NCBI GenBank assembly: GCA_050179755.1
Contig: JBFXEV010000001.1
Coordinates: 1,161,994-1,225,993, forward strand
Length of the DNA: 64,000 nucleotides
Direction of reading: 5' to 3'
Origin: Candidatus Babeliales bacterium
GTDB lineage: Bacteria > Babelota > Babeliae > Babelales > JBFXEV01
Positions 9,327-19,739 of this stretch are shown one piece after another (within the stretch, counting starts at the first letter, position 1; the number at the start of each line of letters is the position of its first letter). The notes below the pieces were generated by a model. The model did not search any database and was not told where the DNA came from. It saw only the letters and a list, made by a program, of their open reading frames with translations. The translations under genes and the position numbers were made by a program.

Positions 9327-10523
9327 ATGCAAAAAAGAACACATATTATTATCGGCGCATCTGCAGCAGGCATGGGCGTACTCAATCAACTGCGTACGCT
9401 TGATCCAGAAAGTAACATAGTATGTATTGCAAGAGATACGGCATGGCCTTATAATACGTGCTTTTTGGCTGATTATCTTTCAGGCACTAAGCAGCATGAG
9501 CAACTTGCCTTAAAGCCTCAAGAATTTTTTGAGAAAAATAGTATAAAGTTAATGCTTGGCAAAGAAGTAATTTCAATTGATAGAGTAAAGCGCACCATAA
9601 CACTTAGTGATTCAACAACGTATACCTATGATACGTTATTTTTAGGAACGGGTGTTAGCCCACGTACATTGACTCTTGAAGGTGCTGATACTAGTGATGC
9701 TCTCTTTTATTTTCATACGCATGATGATGCCATTAAAATTAAAGAATTCATTTTAAACAAGCCCGTGAAGCGGGCTGTGGTTATTGGTGCAGGATTATCG
9801 GGCCTGGAAGTGGCTGATTCTTTGAACAAGAATGGAATTGCGGTTACCATAGTTGAACAATCACTTCAAGTTTTGCAGCATCACGCCGATCGGGCAAGCA
9901 TGAAATTATTGAAAGAGTTGGCCTTGTCGCATAATACAACGATTATGGTAAATAATGCTGCGCGTGCATTAGTAACTCAAAATGATAAGCTTGTGGGCCT
10001 TGATTTAGTATCGGGTGAGCGTATTGACACATCAATAATTGTGATAGCAATTGGTGCGCTTGCTAATAGCGCACTAGCGCGTGATGCGGGCCTTGCAATA
10101 GAATATGATGCAATTGTGGTAAATGATGTTATGCAAACAAGTGATCCTGCTATTTTTGCTGGTGGTGACGTATGCCTTGTGCGTGAGCGCGTAAGCAACC
10201 GGCTTATGCGTAATGGCGCCTGGCCTGATGCTATGCATCAAGGGCTCATTGCAGCACATTCAATGGCGGGAGTGCCAAAATCATATCCTGGCGCAGTTAA
10301 CATAATAAGCTCCGCATTCTTTGGGGTGCATTTTTTTTCATGTGGGCCAGTGATGGCAGATGATCATGGCTATAAAATAAAAATTATGCAGGGTGATGGA
10401 TTTTATCACAAATTTTTGTTTGAAGGTGACATATTAAAAGGCTTTTTGCTTGTTGGCAATACTCAAAAAGCAGCTGAGTATCGTAAGTTTTATCTTGCAC
10501 AAGTGCCTTTCCCGTTCTTTTAG
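9327..10523 (+). CDS. FAD-dependent pyridine nucleotide oxidoreductase (NADH:rubredoxin reductase/NirB-N-like)
   Basis: IIIGASAAG, VVIGAGLSGLE, TSDPAIFAGGD motifs. Confidence 0.9.
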   Translation: MQKRTHIIIGASAAGMGVLNQLRTLDPESNIVCIARDTAWPYNTCFLADYLSGTKQHEQLALKPQEFFEKNSIKLMLGKEVISIDRVKRTITLSDSTTYTYDTLFLGTGVSPRTLTLEGADTSDALFYFHTHDDAIKIKEFILNKPVKRAVVIGAGLSGLEVADSLNKNGIAVTIVEQSLQVLQHHADRASMKLLKELALSHNTTIMVNNAARALVTQNDKLVGLDLVSGERIDTSIIVIAIGALANSALARDAGLAIEYDAIVVNDVMQTSDPAIFAGGDVCLVRERVSNRLMRNGAWPDAMHQGLIAAHSMAGVPKSYPGAVNIISSAFFGVHFFSCGPVMADDHGYKIKIMQGDGFYHKFLFEGDILKGFLLVGNTQKAAEYRKFYLAQVPFPFF

Positions 10524-10533
10524 CGTGAATAGA

Positions 10534-10995
10534 TTATCGTCTGATGTATTCGCCAGTCCAATATAAATTTTCTTCGGGCAAAGTTGTAGTTATTTCTATT
10601 TTGGCATCGCGAATAGTAATTTTTGCATTTTGGGCAATTTCGCTAAATAGTTTATTTGAGGGTGAGTGAAAGTCAGTCAAGAGATAGGTTATTCCTTTTG
10701 GTTGTTCCTCGTCTGCATGTTCATGCACCGAAAGCTGTTGAGAAGCTTGAGCGCCTAGAATTGAAAATCCAAAAATGGCATCACCTGGATTTTTACTGGT
10801 GATAGAAGCCTTATCTGGTGTATAGACCCAATCACTCCAATATAGTTCATTGGTTTTTTGATCACGAAAGCGCATGCGTACGTTGATATGTTCACGGCTA
10901 TCGTTTGCTAGATTCACTGTAATTGCCAGAATATTGCAGGAAGCAAGCAGGCTTACTGCACAAAATAGAGAGGCGCATATGGTTTTCATATTCAT
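10534..10995 (-). CDS. Secreted hypothetical protein
   Basis: Signal peptide; 153-aa ORF with RBS. Confidence 0.6.
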   Translation of the reverse strand: MNMKTICASLFCAVSLLASCNILAITVNLANDSREHINVRMRFRDQKTNELYWSDWVYTPDKASITSKNPGDAIFGFSILGAQASQQLSVHEHADEEQPKGITYLLTDFHSPSNKLFSEIAQNAKITIRDAKIEITTTLPEENLYWTGEYIRR

Positions 10996-11126
10996 GTCCT
11001 TTATAATAATTTTCCATTCATTCTAAGTGTAATAAATTCTAGGTGTTTTCTACAAGAGTACAGGTTTGGATCTCTGGAGGTTAAGAACTGCTTATAGTAA
11101 AAAATATGTCTATTTGGCATGGAAAA

Positions 11127-11156
11127 TTGCCTGAACCCTTAAAATAGGCTATACTA
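11127..11156 (+). promoter_or_regulatory. Sigma70-like promoter
   Basis: TTGCCT-N17-TATACT upstream of ATG 11198. Confidence 0.5.
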
Positions 11157-11197
11157 GAGATATTACAGTAGAATATCCCTAATGGAGGTTAAATTAC

Positions 11198-12019
11198 ATG
11201 AATAGATCATTATTTGGGCAAATTGCCATAATCTTAAGTCTTTTGATAGTCTTTATTCCTGTTTCAGTTAAAAGCATGGATCAGCAAGGCGACTTGCAGG
11301 CCAGCTCTTCGTTAGTAAGTAAGCTTGCCGTGGTAACGCTTGTTCCTACAGCAGGATTTATGTATGTGATGCGTAGGCACTATAATGAATTACACGTACT
11401 TGAACGAAGTCTTGATCTTTCAACTATTGCAGCAAATGCCCGTGAAGGTAATTTCCGCTTTGCAACATGGCGGTCAACGCAAGATAATTGTATCGATGGA
11501 AAATGCTGGGCAACAGCGAGTGATGTTTGGCAAGACGGTAGAAATATAGCAGCTGTGCTTATGCGTGATGTAAAATATTTTGCTGATCGAGTATTTGTAT
11601 ATGACGCATTGAATTTGCGCCTTGATAATGCCAAAATTGAAAAACACGATTTACAAGCGGCAATAGCTCGAGAAAAGCAGTTGTTTGAAACTCAATTGAA
11701 CTTGGTCAGTCACTATACGAATGCTCCTTATCGTATTGTTGCTGCGCTTGCTCCAAATGATACACGATGTCTTACTCCTTCTGAACTTGCAATTAATTGC
11801 GCGTTAAAGTTAAAAGAAAGTGACGATGTTATCAATCAAGTTGAAAATGACTTAAAGCAGGAAGCAAGCTTTGTAAAAGAACTTATATATTTTGGCGGTT
11901 GGTTGCCAACTTCTTGGTCCATTGCGCCTTGTTCTCAAAAGGCATCGCGTTTATACATAAAATTATTTAGAGCGTACGCTCGTCTATGCGCACTCGAAGC
12001 AGCATTAAATCAAGAATAA
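11198..12019 (+). CDS. Secreted or membrane hypothetical protein
   Basis: Signal peptide ending VKS|MD followed by a second hydrophobic segment; RBS GGAGG. Confidence 0.7.
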   Translation: MNRSLFGQIAIILSLLIVFIPVSVKSMDQQGDLQASSSLVSKLAVVTLVPTAGFMYVMRRHYNELHVLERSLDLSTIAANAREGNFRFATWRSTQDNCIDGKCWATASDVWQDGRNIAAVLMRDVKYFADRVFVYDALNLRLDNAKIEKHDLQAAIAREKQLFETQLNLVSHYTNAPYRIVAALAPNDTRCLTPSELAINCALKLKESDDVINQVENDLKQEASFVKELIYFGGWLPTSWSIAPCSQKASRLYIKLFRAYARLCALEAALNQE

Positions 12020-12040
12020 TATTGCATTATTAAAACTGTT

Positions 12041-12078
12041 AAAAATACCGCAACCTAACCAGTTGCGGTATTTTTTTT
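12041..12078. terminator. Bidirectional rho-independent terminator
   Basis: AAAAATACCGCAAC...GTTGCGGTATTTTTTTT between convergent genes. Confidence 0.8.
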
Positions 12079-12080
12079 GT

Positions 12081-13322
12081 TTAATCGCTCCATAAAGAAG
12101 ACATTTTTAAGATTTTAAAATTTGGTATTGTTTGTACCATTTTCTCTTGCGCATTGAGCCGTTTAAGTGGCATATTCTTAAAAAGCGCTGTGGCAAGTTG
12201 ATCATATGTAGAAATACCTTCAAATAATTTTGAGAGTGAAATTTCTTGAATTTTGCCAAAACCATGATCGTAACCGCGAGCTTCTATGGCAGTTTGGTAT
12301 GTGGTATCAGAAACAATAAGAACATGTCCGGAAAACCATATAAGATCACCAGGTTCAATGATTTCGCCTTGTTTGAGTGGCTGTAAATTGCGTGCTAGCG
12401 TGGTTGTATTTTTAAAGTAATAGGGCATTCCTGCAAGTTGAGCGGCGCGTGCAATAAGTCCTGCGCAATCAAAGCCTGCAAATGGTTGACCCAAATAATT
12501 AGGCCATTCATAATATTCACTTATGCCCGAAGGAATTTTGCGCGTAGCGAGATTAAATGTAGTGTCAGAGCACTCGCCGGCAAAGCTGCAGCCACCCCAA
12601 GCATATGGTATAAATCCATTATGCAATTGCGCCCATTCACGCAGTATTGAAATAAAGAGCTCCTGCTGTTCACGCGGTGTTTTTGGTGGATTTGCAATTA
12701 TATCTTTTTGAGGTATGCCAATAATCACAACGTTCATTGTTTTAGGTTGTAAAGCATAGACGGCTATTTGATTTTTATGCACTCGTGTTGTTGGTGCTTG
12801 GACAAAGCGGGTTCCTGCCGAATAGGTGCGTTGCGTTATAGGATCAAAATAGGGATGTTTTAAGGAAATAATATCTTGGTTTTGTTTTGATTGTCCAATA
12901 AACGAAAGCGGCTTTGGAATGGTTGAGATATCTATACCTTTATTTTTGAGCGCAGCTAGCGGCATAATATTGCGCTTATGCGTCCAGTAACCAATGTGTT
13001 GTGTGTTGTCTCGTGGTGTTTGAAAAAAAAGATGTGAAATTTCAATCCGTACTTCATCTTCATATGCTTCTACAATGGTTACTTGTTCATTATAAAGAAG
13101 TTGCAATAAGCGGGCGCAGCCATAGTGGCCAGATTTTGCACAAAGAGGTATGCTTTGATAATGGTTTATGCTATTTTTTATGTTATATTCTTTGCAAAAT
13201 GAGAAGCCGATTAAGTCGACAACTGGTTGTACAATAACTGCTTGTTGATACGAGAAGAGCGAGTGATCGCTGCAGCATATGAGCATAAGCCAGAGTAGCA
13301 AGCTCAATTGATTTCTGCGCAT
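12081..13322 (-). CDS. NlpC/P60 (C40) peptidoglycan peptidase
   Basis: PYAWGG, GFDCAGL (catalytic Cys), PGDLIWFSGHV (His); signal peptide. Confidence 0.88.
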   Translation of the reverse strand: MRRNQLSLLLWLMLICCSDHSLFSYQQAVIVQPVVDLIGFSFCKEYNIKNSINHYQSIPLCAKSGHYGCARLLQLLYNEQVTIVEAYEDEVRIEISHLFFQTPRDNTQHIGYWTHKRNIMPLAALKNKGIDISTIPKPLSFIGQSKQNQDIISLKHPYFDPITQRTYSAGTRFVQAPTTRVHKNQIAVYALQPKTMNVVIIGIPQKDIIANPPKTPREQQELFISILREWAQLHNGFIPYAWGGCSFAGECSDTTFNLATRKIPSGISEYYEWPNYLGQPFAGFDCAGLIARAAQLAGMPYYFKNTTTLARNLQPLKQGEIIEPGDLIWFSGHVLIVSDTTYQTAIEARGYDHGFGKIQEISLSKLFEGISTYDQLATALFKNMPLKRLNAQEKMVQTIPNFKILKMSSLWSD

Positions 13323-13497
13323 GTTCCTCTCCTTGTTACGTATTTAAACTTCATGTTATTCTTCAACTTTAGCATGCCATAACTTTAACACAAATAGCAA
13401 TAAACCACCTCGCAGTGGTGCGTGAGCTAGTTGTTTTTGGAGAACGGTTGAGATAAAATTGATTTTTGCGGTATGCTAAGAGAAGGAAGGAAAGAGT

Positions 13498-14514
13498 ATG
13501 AAGATTGTCATAATGAGTAGTGTAGTGCTTTATTTTATGTGCGCACCCATGAATGCGTGGGTATGGACGTATAAAAAGTATTTTAATGAGGAAGATGCGT
13601 TGCGCAATAGCTCGCGTACGTCGCTCTTTTTTTCCAAATGTGACATACCTGAATTTACCCAATTTATTTTTTCGTGGAATGCAAAACGGCCATTAAAAGG
13701 AGATTTTTCTTTTTACGGACAAGTGCGTGATGCAAAAACAAAAAAGTGGCACGATTGGCACAAAATGATTGAATGGGGTTCAAGCAAACAATGTTCATAT
13801 GCAAGTAAGCATGTAAGTGGCAGTTCACATCATCATGTACGTCTTGAGCTACCGTTGCATGCTCCTGCCGATGCTGTACGGGTAGGCGTGCATGCACATA
13901 ATGGCGCAGATCTTTCTTGTATTCGAGCACTTTTTGCAACCACTGCCCATTTGGGCAATTTTGAGCCTGAGCGTGTAGCCGCTCTAAAGCAATTGCCTTC
14001 GGTAAAAGTTGAGAAGGTTCCTACGTTTTCGCAAAAATCACTAGAGCATGAGGATAAAGATTCACTGTGTTCACCTACATCCACTACCATGCTTGCAGGT
14101 TTTTTATCTGGTAGCCACATTGATCCGACCATCTTTGCCAAAAAAGCATATGATCATGGTCTTCAAGCATACGGTAGTTGGCCTTTTAATACAGCACATG
14201 CGTATGAACTTGCCGATGGAAAAACCTGGTTTCACGTAGCCCGATTGCCTTCATTTAAAGCATTACATGCAAAGTTAACGCAAGATATTCCGGTGGTGGT
14301 GAGTGTGCGCGGACCGTTAAAAGGTGCACCTAAAGACTATCCTAAGGGGCATTTGCTTATTGTGGTAGGTTGGGATCAAAAGCGTAATAAAGTATTATGT
14401 CATGATCCTGCAATTGAAGGCCATCGTAATACGCCTATTGCTTATGATGCAAAATCATTTATTGCAGCATGGGAATCTTCGCGCAGATTGGCATATGTTG
14501 CAGAACCTGCATAA
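13498..14514 (+). CDS. Peptidase C39-like family protein
   Basis: FSQ...LCSPTSTTM (Cys), YGSWPFN, GHLLIVVG (His), HDPA (Asp). Confidence 0.85.
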   Translation: MKIVIMSSVVLYFMCAPMNAWVWTYKKYFNEEDALRNSSRTSLFFSKCDIPEFTQFIFSWNAKRPLKGDFSFYGQVRDAKTKKWHDWHKMIEWGSSKQCSYASKHVSGSSHHHVRLELPLHAPADAVRVGVHAHNGADLSCIRALFATTAHLGNFEPERVAALKQLPSVKVEKVPTFSQKSLEHEDKDSLCSPTSTTMLAGFLSGSHIDPTIFAKKAYDHGLQAYGSWPFNTAHAYELADGKTWFHVARLPSFKALHAKLTQDIPVVVSVRGPLKGAPKDYPKGHLLIVVGWDQKRNKVLCHDPAIEGHRNTPIAYDAKSFIAAWESSRRLAYVAEPA

Positions 14515-14678
14515 ATTAGCTCCTTATTAATTCCTATCTCAATTAATAAACGTACTGGCCTTCACTTTAGATAGACTGCTTAAATAAATATTGACTATTT
14601 GAAAATGATTATTGTAATCTGTTAGTAACGAAGAAGAGAGAAGCAGCACGTCACGGACATACTAATGGGGGAGGTATC

Positions 14679-15830
14679 ATGTCTCAAGCTACAATCAAAT
14701 TCATAGTAGGGTTAGTACCATTTTTGATGGTAGCTTCAAGTATCACGGCAGCTTCAACTACGGCACGTAACGCTATGACTAAATGTTTTCACCATCGCGG
14801 CACGTTAAGTGATAAAGTGGTTTGTTATTTTAATGAAGATCCAATTTGTACAGCGCATCCGCGTTTAAACGATAAAAATCAAGCCCAAGAAAAATTAGTT
14901 CGTTTTTTTATACCACTTACCGATTTTGCAACTACTGAGGTTAAAGATCATGCAAGTCATGTAGCAGAACGCAACGACAAAGGGTATCAGATGCGATTTG
15001 AGCAAGTTGATAAGCCCATGCGCGGGATTCAGTTAGAAATTGCTTATGATCCAAGTAAAATTGAATTTTGTTACGCGCGTAGTGATGCTATTCATACACA
15101 TAAAGCATTAGTCTTTACGTTTCATAATAAATCAATGGTGCATGAAATTCAGCGTAAAAGTGAGGGCATTTCAAAGCTTGCTATGCATAAAGTAAAACAG
15201 CCAACCGTGGTCATTGATTGTGGCCATGGAGGGTCTGATGTTGGCAAAGTGGGTTTATATAATACCTGTGAAAAAGATATTAACTTGAGCGTAGGCTTTC
15301 AAGTTGCAGATGGTTTAAAAAAAAAAGGGTATCGAGTTCTGTGTACACGCACTGCTGATACGTTTGTAGCGCTTGATGAACGAACAACCTATGCAAATGC
15401 AGAACAAGCTGATTTATTTGTATCAATTCATTCAAATGGTTCATCTAATCGATCTGTAGAAGGGATTGAAACATATTGGTCGCCTTATTCTCTTTTAAAG
15501 CAAGAACCGAAAGGTAGTGACATTCTAGATCCACGGTTTAAAGAGCTTGCGCTTCAAAAAGATGCGGTGAGCAAAATACTTGCTCAGGAATTACATCGTC
15601 AAGTGCTTGAAGTTGCACAAAAAAAATACAAAGTTAAAGACCGTACTGTCAAAGAAGCGGTATCTCAGGTGCTTATTGGCACTGATATGCCAGCGGCTTT
15701 GATTGAATTGGGTTTTTTATCCAATGACACTGAGGCCAAGCAACTTGCAAATAAACAGTATCATAAGCAAATAGCTCAAGGAATTTGCACGGGAATTGAG
15801 CATTGTCTCAATCATCTGCAGGGTGCCTAA
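14679..15830 (+). CDS. N-acetylmuramoyl-L-alanine amidase (Amidase_3)
   Basis: VVIDCGHGG, EKDINL, SIHSN, LIELGFLSN zinc-binding motifs; signal peptide. Confidence 0.92.
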   Translation: MSQATIKFIVGLVPFLMVASSITAASTTARNAMTKCFHHRGTLSDKVVCYFNEDPICTAHPRLNDKNQAQEKLVRFFIPLTDFATTEVKDHASHVAERNDKGYQMRFEQVDKPMRGIQLEIAYDPSKIEFCYARSDAIHTHKALVFTFHNKSMVHEIQRKSEGISKLAMHKVKQPTVVIDCGHGGSDVGKVGLYNTCEKDINLSVGFQVADGLKKKGYRVLCTRTADTFVALDERTTYANAEQADLFVSIHSNGSSNRSVEGIETYWSPYSLLKQEPKGSDILDPRFKELALQKDAVSKILAQELHRQVLEVAQKKYKVKDRTVKEAVSQVLIGTDMPAALIELGFLSNDTEAKQLANKQYHKQIAQGICTGIEHCLNHLQGA

Positions 15831-15933
15831 ATATATTTACATAAAACTCTTTTGAAAACTGTTCTGTTCTGTTACAGTAATAATGCATATGTAATTATTT
15901 TATCTTACAAATTGTTATAGGTTTTAATTAATC

Positions 15934-17325
15934 GTGATAAAGGCTATCTGGGAGCAATTTCTTACTATTGCTCGTGAAGAAGCTGGTAGCCGTGTTGTTG
16001 ATACATGGTTAAAAGCTATTTCGCTTGAGCATTGGGATCCTATTGAGCATGTGGTATATGTGCAGGCTCCTAATAAATTTGTAAAAGATTGGGTATCCAG
16101 TCATTATCATGCTTTGCTTTCATATCATCTACCACGGTTATTTAATGTACCATCGGTTAAAATTACGTATACCGATGCAAGCCAGCAGCCTGTCATTACT
16201 GATGATGTAAAAGTTACTTCAATTATTCCAGCGCAACGTGTGCAGATTAATAATCAAGAAACTCAACCTACACCACTTGTCACGCGCATTGCAAGCAAAC
16301 GTGGCTCGCGCATAAATAGTAATTATCGTTTTGAAACGTATGTGGTCGGCCCTAGTAATTCGCTAGCATATTCTGCAGCTCATGCAATCACTGAAAAATT
16401 AGGAACTCTTTATAATCCCTTATTTATTTATGGTGGATCAGGACTTGGCAAAACGCATTTAATGCATGCTATTGGCAATGAAATTAAAGAAAAGCACGGT
16501 CATTTGCACATGGTGTATCAATCGGCCGATAGGTTTGTAAGCGAATTTATTAATGCAATTCGATTTGATAAGATGCATCAGTTTCAAATTAAATATAAAA
16601 CTGCAGATGTGTTGTTTATTGATGATATACAGTTTATGTCTAATAAAGAGCAAACACAAGAAGCTTTTTTTCATATATTTAATGCTCTTCATGATGCTCA
16701 AAAACAAATAGTATTTTCCTCTGATACGTATCCTGCTGATATTCATGGCCTTGCGCAACGTTTAAGCTCACGGCTTGAATGGGGATTGGTGACTGACGTG
16801 CAACATCCTAGTTTAGAAACAAAAGTTGCTATCGTTCAACGGAAGGCTGAACTGCATAGTCATCAAATTTCAGATGAAGTTGCACATTTTATTGCATCAC
16901 GAGTGCATTCAAATATTCGTGAACTTGAAGGAGCGCTTATTCGTGTTACTGCATTTGCATCACTTACTAAACAACCGGTTACTCTAGAACTTGCTCGTAA
17001 AGTTCTTGCACGCATTTCAAGCTCAGAAGCTCCGGCTCCCGTAGATTTTGATCGTGTAATGCACCGCATTAAAGAGCGCTATCGCTATTCACTCCAGGAC
17101 TTACGCTCGCAAGATCGCACTAAACAATTATCTTTAGTGCGTCAAATTGCTATGTATTTAATGAAGCGTATGACCGATAAATCACTTCAAGAAATTGGTT
17201 CATTTCTTGGCAGAAAAGATCATACAACGGTTAAGTATGCCATTCAAAAGATTGATGAAATGTGTACAAGTGATCCTGCCTTTGGGCGCCAAGTAAAGGC
17301 TTTAGAACAAGAAATTTCACGCTAA
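15934..17325 (+). CDS. dnaA: Chromosomal replication initiator DnaA
   Basis: YNPLFIYGGSGLGKTHL, IDDIQF, QEAFFHIFN, NIRELEGAL, GRKDHTTV. Confidence 0.98.
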   Translation: MIKAIWEQFLTIAREEAGSRVVDTWLKAISLEHWDPIEHVVYVQAPNKFVKDWVSSHYHALLSYHLPRLFNVPSVKITYTDASQQPVITDDVKVTSIIPAQRVQINNQETQPTPLVTRIASKRGSRINSNYRFETYVVGPSNSLAYSAAHAITEKLGTLYNPLFIYGGSGLGKTHLMHAIGNEIKEKHGHLHMVYQSADRFVSEFINAIRFDKMHQFQIKYKTADVLFIDDIQFMSNKEQTQEAFFHIFNALHDAQKQIVFSSDTYPADIHGLAQRLSSRLEWGLVTDVQHPSLETKVAIVQRKAELHSHQISDEVAHFIASRVHSNIRELEGALIRVTAFASLTKQPVTLELARKVLARISSSEAPAPVDFDRVMHRIKERYRYSLQDLRSQDRTKQLSLVRQIAMYLMKRMTDKSLQEIGSFLGRKDHTTVKYAIQKIDEMCTSDPAFGRQVKALEQEISR

Positions 17326-17339
17326 CAAAAGGAGAAGCT

Positions 17340-17885
17340 ATGAAACGGATTATGGTGTGTTGGATGTTGTTTGCGGGTACATTGTGCGCTCAAGAAATGC
17401 AATCAATAAAAAAAGTACTTGATGCCACTGAGGATATTGAGTTTAGCACATTTTGTGAATTTATTGGTGTGCCTGTTGAGCAAAGAGCTGAATTTGCAGC
17501 ACATTATGAAACGCAATCAAAAAAAATTAAACGCGTGCGCTCAAGTGCAACCCGCCAAGCGCGCACGCAAGAATTACGTGATAAAGGGCGCAGTGCGTTA
17601 CAAGTGGAAGAGCCGCAATTATATGCAGAATTTAAAGCATGTGAAGAGGGCGTTTCAATATGTATGAGTCCACGTGCCTGCGTTGCGCAAAATGCCCGTT
17701 TATTTTTAACACGCTATGGGGCTTGGCATGAATTTAAAAAGATGCATGCGCAATCACAAATAAGTATGTGGGCAAAGGTTAAAGATTTTGCAAGAAACGG
17801 CAAACAGCGTATAGCTCATTTGTTTGGAGCTCAAGAAGAAGTAAAAGTTGCTCTCAATGAAAGCGCTGAGGGGAAAAAGTCTTAA
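17340..17885 (+). CDS. Secreted hypothetical protein
   Basis: RBS AGGAG; signal peptide ending TLCA. Confidence 0.65.
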   Translation: MKRIMVCWMLFAGTLCAQEMQSIKKVLDATEDIEFSTFCEFIGVPVEQRAEFAAHYETQSKKIKRVRSSATRQARTQELRDKGRSALQVEEPQLYAEFKACEEGVSICMSPRACVAQNARLFLTRYGAWHEFKKMHAQSQISMWAKVKDFARNGKQRIAHLFGAQEEVKVALNESAEGKKS

Positions 17886-17905
17886 GCACATAAGGGAGAA
17901 AAAGT

Positions 17906-19699
17906 ATGTATAAGCAAAGAATTAAATTAGGGTTATTGCTAAGTGCTTTATTCTTAGGATCTCTCTATGGCATGCAGCCAGCGTTAGAGAACTTGAAGGA
18001 TAGCTTAGATGATTTACGCAGAGAGTTAGGTGGAATACAACAGCCACATATTCAATTGCCCCCTCCAGTACTTCAAGGTGGACCAATAACACCAATTATT
18101 ACTGGTCCATTGCCGCCACCGCCTGTTGTGCAAGCTGGTGCTATTTCAACTCCATCAACTAAGACAGGTGCACCAGTATCTAAGTCTGGTCGTAAACCCG
18201 GATTAGGTGATGTAACTAATATTGGGTTTACGCCAATAGCAGGGTCAGATAAGCCGAAACAACCCGTTGCTTCGGGCATCGGTTTGAGCGCTGAACAACT
18301 TGAACAGCAACGTAAAGAACGGGAAGCGCGTTTGGCTGTAGCAAAGCAAAAGAAAGCTGCAGCGGGCGATATTACAAAAGGTTTTATAACAGCAGCATTT
18401 GCAACATATCCAGTATCAGCGACGGTTCCTGCACCAATTGCTACAAAAGATTTTGGGGTTGAGCGTGAAGCGGTAAATGCAATAAATATTAAATCAGATA
18501 CCATTCTAAATCAACTTAAAAGCAATTTGTTTACGCAAGATGATAAAAGGGAACGGCAACCACTAGCTAAAAAGTTATTGAATGGCTTATTATTCTTTAC
18601 AAGAAATAATGTAGTACAGCCTGATCAAATTAAGCAAATTGCCGATCTAGTGGTACTCATCTTAAATATTGATCCATTATTGATTACTACAGCGGATGCA
18701 GTGTTGCGGCAACTTGGTTTTGATGACGTGGCAATACACCGGCTAATGACGCTGTTTTTTGAAGAACGTATTAGATTTATACAAGAGACATTAGAAGAGC
18801 TAAAAAAACAAGCAACAGAAGGTGCAATTCAAGATATTGATCAAGCATTTGCTTACTCAATTGCGTTATCAAGTGAGTTAATACGCCAAGAAAGTATAGT
18901 GCTTGATGAGCATACTACTGCAGCACAAAAGCAAGAAGCACAATGGTTTATTGATAAAGTGCGAGAATTGCGCAAAAGGTTGTGTGAGATTATCACTGCG
19001 CCTGATAACATTGTACTTTTTAATACAAAGCCGGCGCTCAAAGAGCTCTATCTTACGATATGTGGTGCACAGCAGAAGGCAAAATTACGTGTATATTGTG
19101 TTACTGCCGCATACACATATGGAAAGACGCTTGAAGGTAAGCGAAAAGGTAGAGATTATACCTATTGTGGTTTTGATCAAGAAATACAAAAGATCATGGA
19201 TGAAATTAAGAAATTCAATGCATTAGAAGAAAGTGAAATGTCAGTAAGTCAGCGTGTATACACCGTGCAAACAATTATTAGTTCACTTGCTGACATTAAT
19301 ACGTTCTTTACCAATCCTGATGTTTGTCCAAACTGCTTGAGAGAGGCAATTCGTTTTGGGCATCCAAAAGTATTAACTGTTAGTCAAGTGGAAGAACCAT
19401 TTAAAATGCAACTTGCCCAAATTGCAGATTTTTTATTGGCTATGAACAAGCGTGATAATAGTTTTTATTTAGAAAACTTTGTAAGAACTGGTATTCCTAA
19501 TATAAAAACGACTCTTGATCGCGTGAGAAAGTTGAGTGATAAAGAATCAGCAATGATTTACGGCTTGATTGGCATAAATCGTGTGGCAAAAGAAAAGAAT
19601 CTAGGGCCATACAATCTTGATGATTTTCTTCATGGCCGTATTCCACAGTGGTTAATACAAGAGAAAGAAAGAAGAAGAATGCAAGCATTATCTGTATAG
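17906..19699 (+). CDS. Secreted hypothetical protein with Pro-rich region and helical C-terminus
   Basis: Signal peptide ending LYG|MQ; LPPPV/LPPPPV segments; 597-aa ORF. Confidence 0.75.
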   Translation: MYKQRIKLGLLLSALFLGSLYGMQPALENLKDSLDDLRRELGGIQQPHIQLPPPVLQGGPITPIITGPLPPPPVVQAGAISTPSTKTGAPVSKSGRKPGLGDVTNIGFTPIAGSDKPKQPVASGIGLSAEQLEQQRKEREARLAVAKQKKAAAGDITKGFITAAFATYPVSATVPAPIATKDFGVEREAVNAINIKSDTILNQLKSNLFTQDDKRERQPLAKKLLNGLLFFTRNNVVQPDQIKQIADLVVLILNIDPLLITTADAVLRQLGFDDVAIHRLMTLFFEERIRFIQETLEELKKQATEGAIQDIDQAFAYSIALSSELIRQESIVLDEHTTAAQKQEAQWFIDKVRELRKRLCEIITAPDNIVLFNTKPALKELYLTICGAQQKAKLRVYCVTAAYTYGKTLEGKRKGRDYTYCGFDQEIQKIMDEIKKFNALEESEMSVSQRVYTVQTIISSLADINTFFTNPDVCPNCLREAIRFGHPKVLTVSQVEEPFKMQLAQIADFLLAMNKRDNSFYLENFVRTGIPNIKTTLDRVRKLSDKESAMIYGLIGINRVAKEKNLGPYNLDDFLHGRIPQWLIQEKERRRMQALSV

Positions 19700-19711
19700 T
19701 TATATATGTAG

Positions 19712-19738
19712 CGCGCCGGGGATTATCCTCGGCGCTTT
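19712..19738. terminator. Hairpin terminator between convergent genes
   Basis: GCGCCGGGGATTATCCTCGGCGC followed by TTT. Confidence 0.65.
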
Positions 19739-19739
19739 C

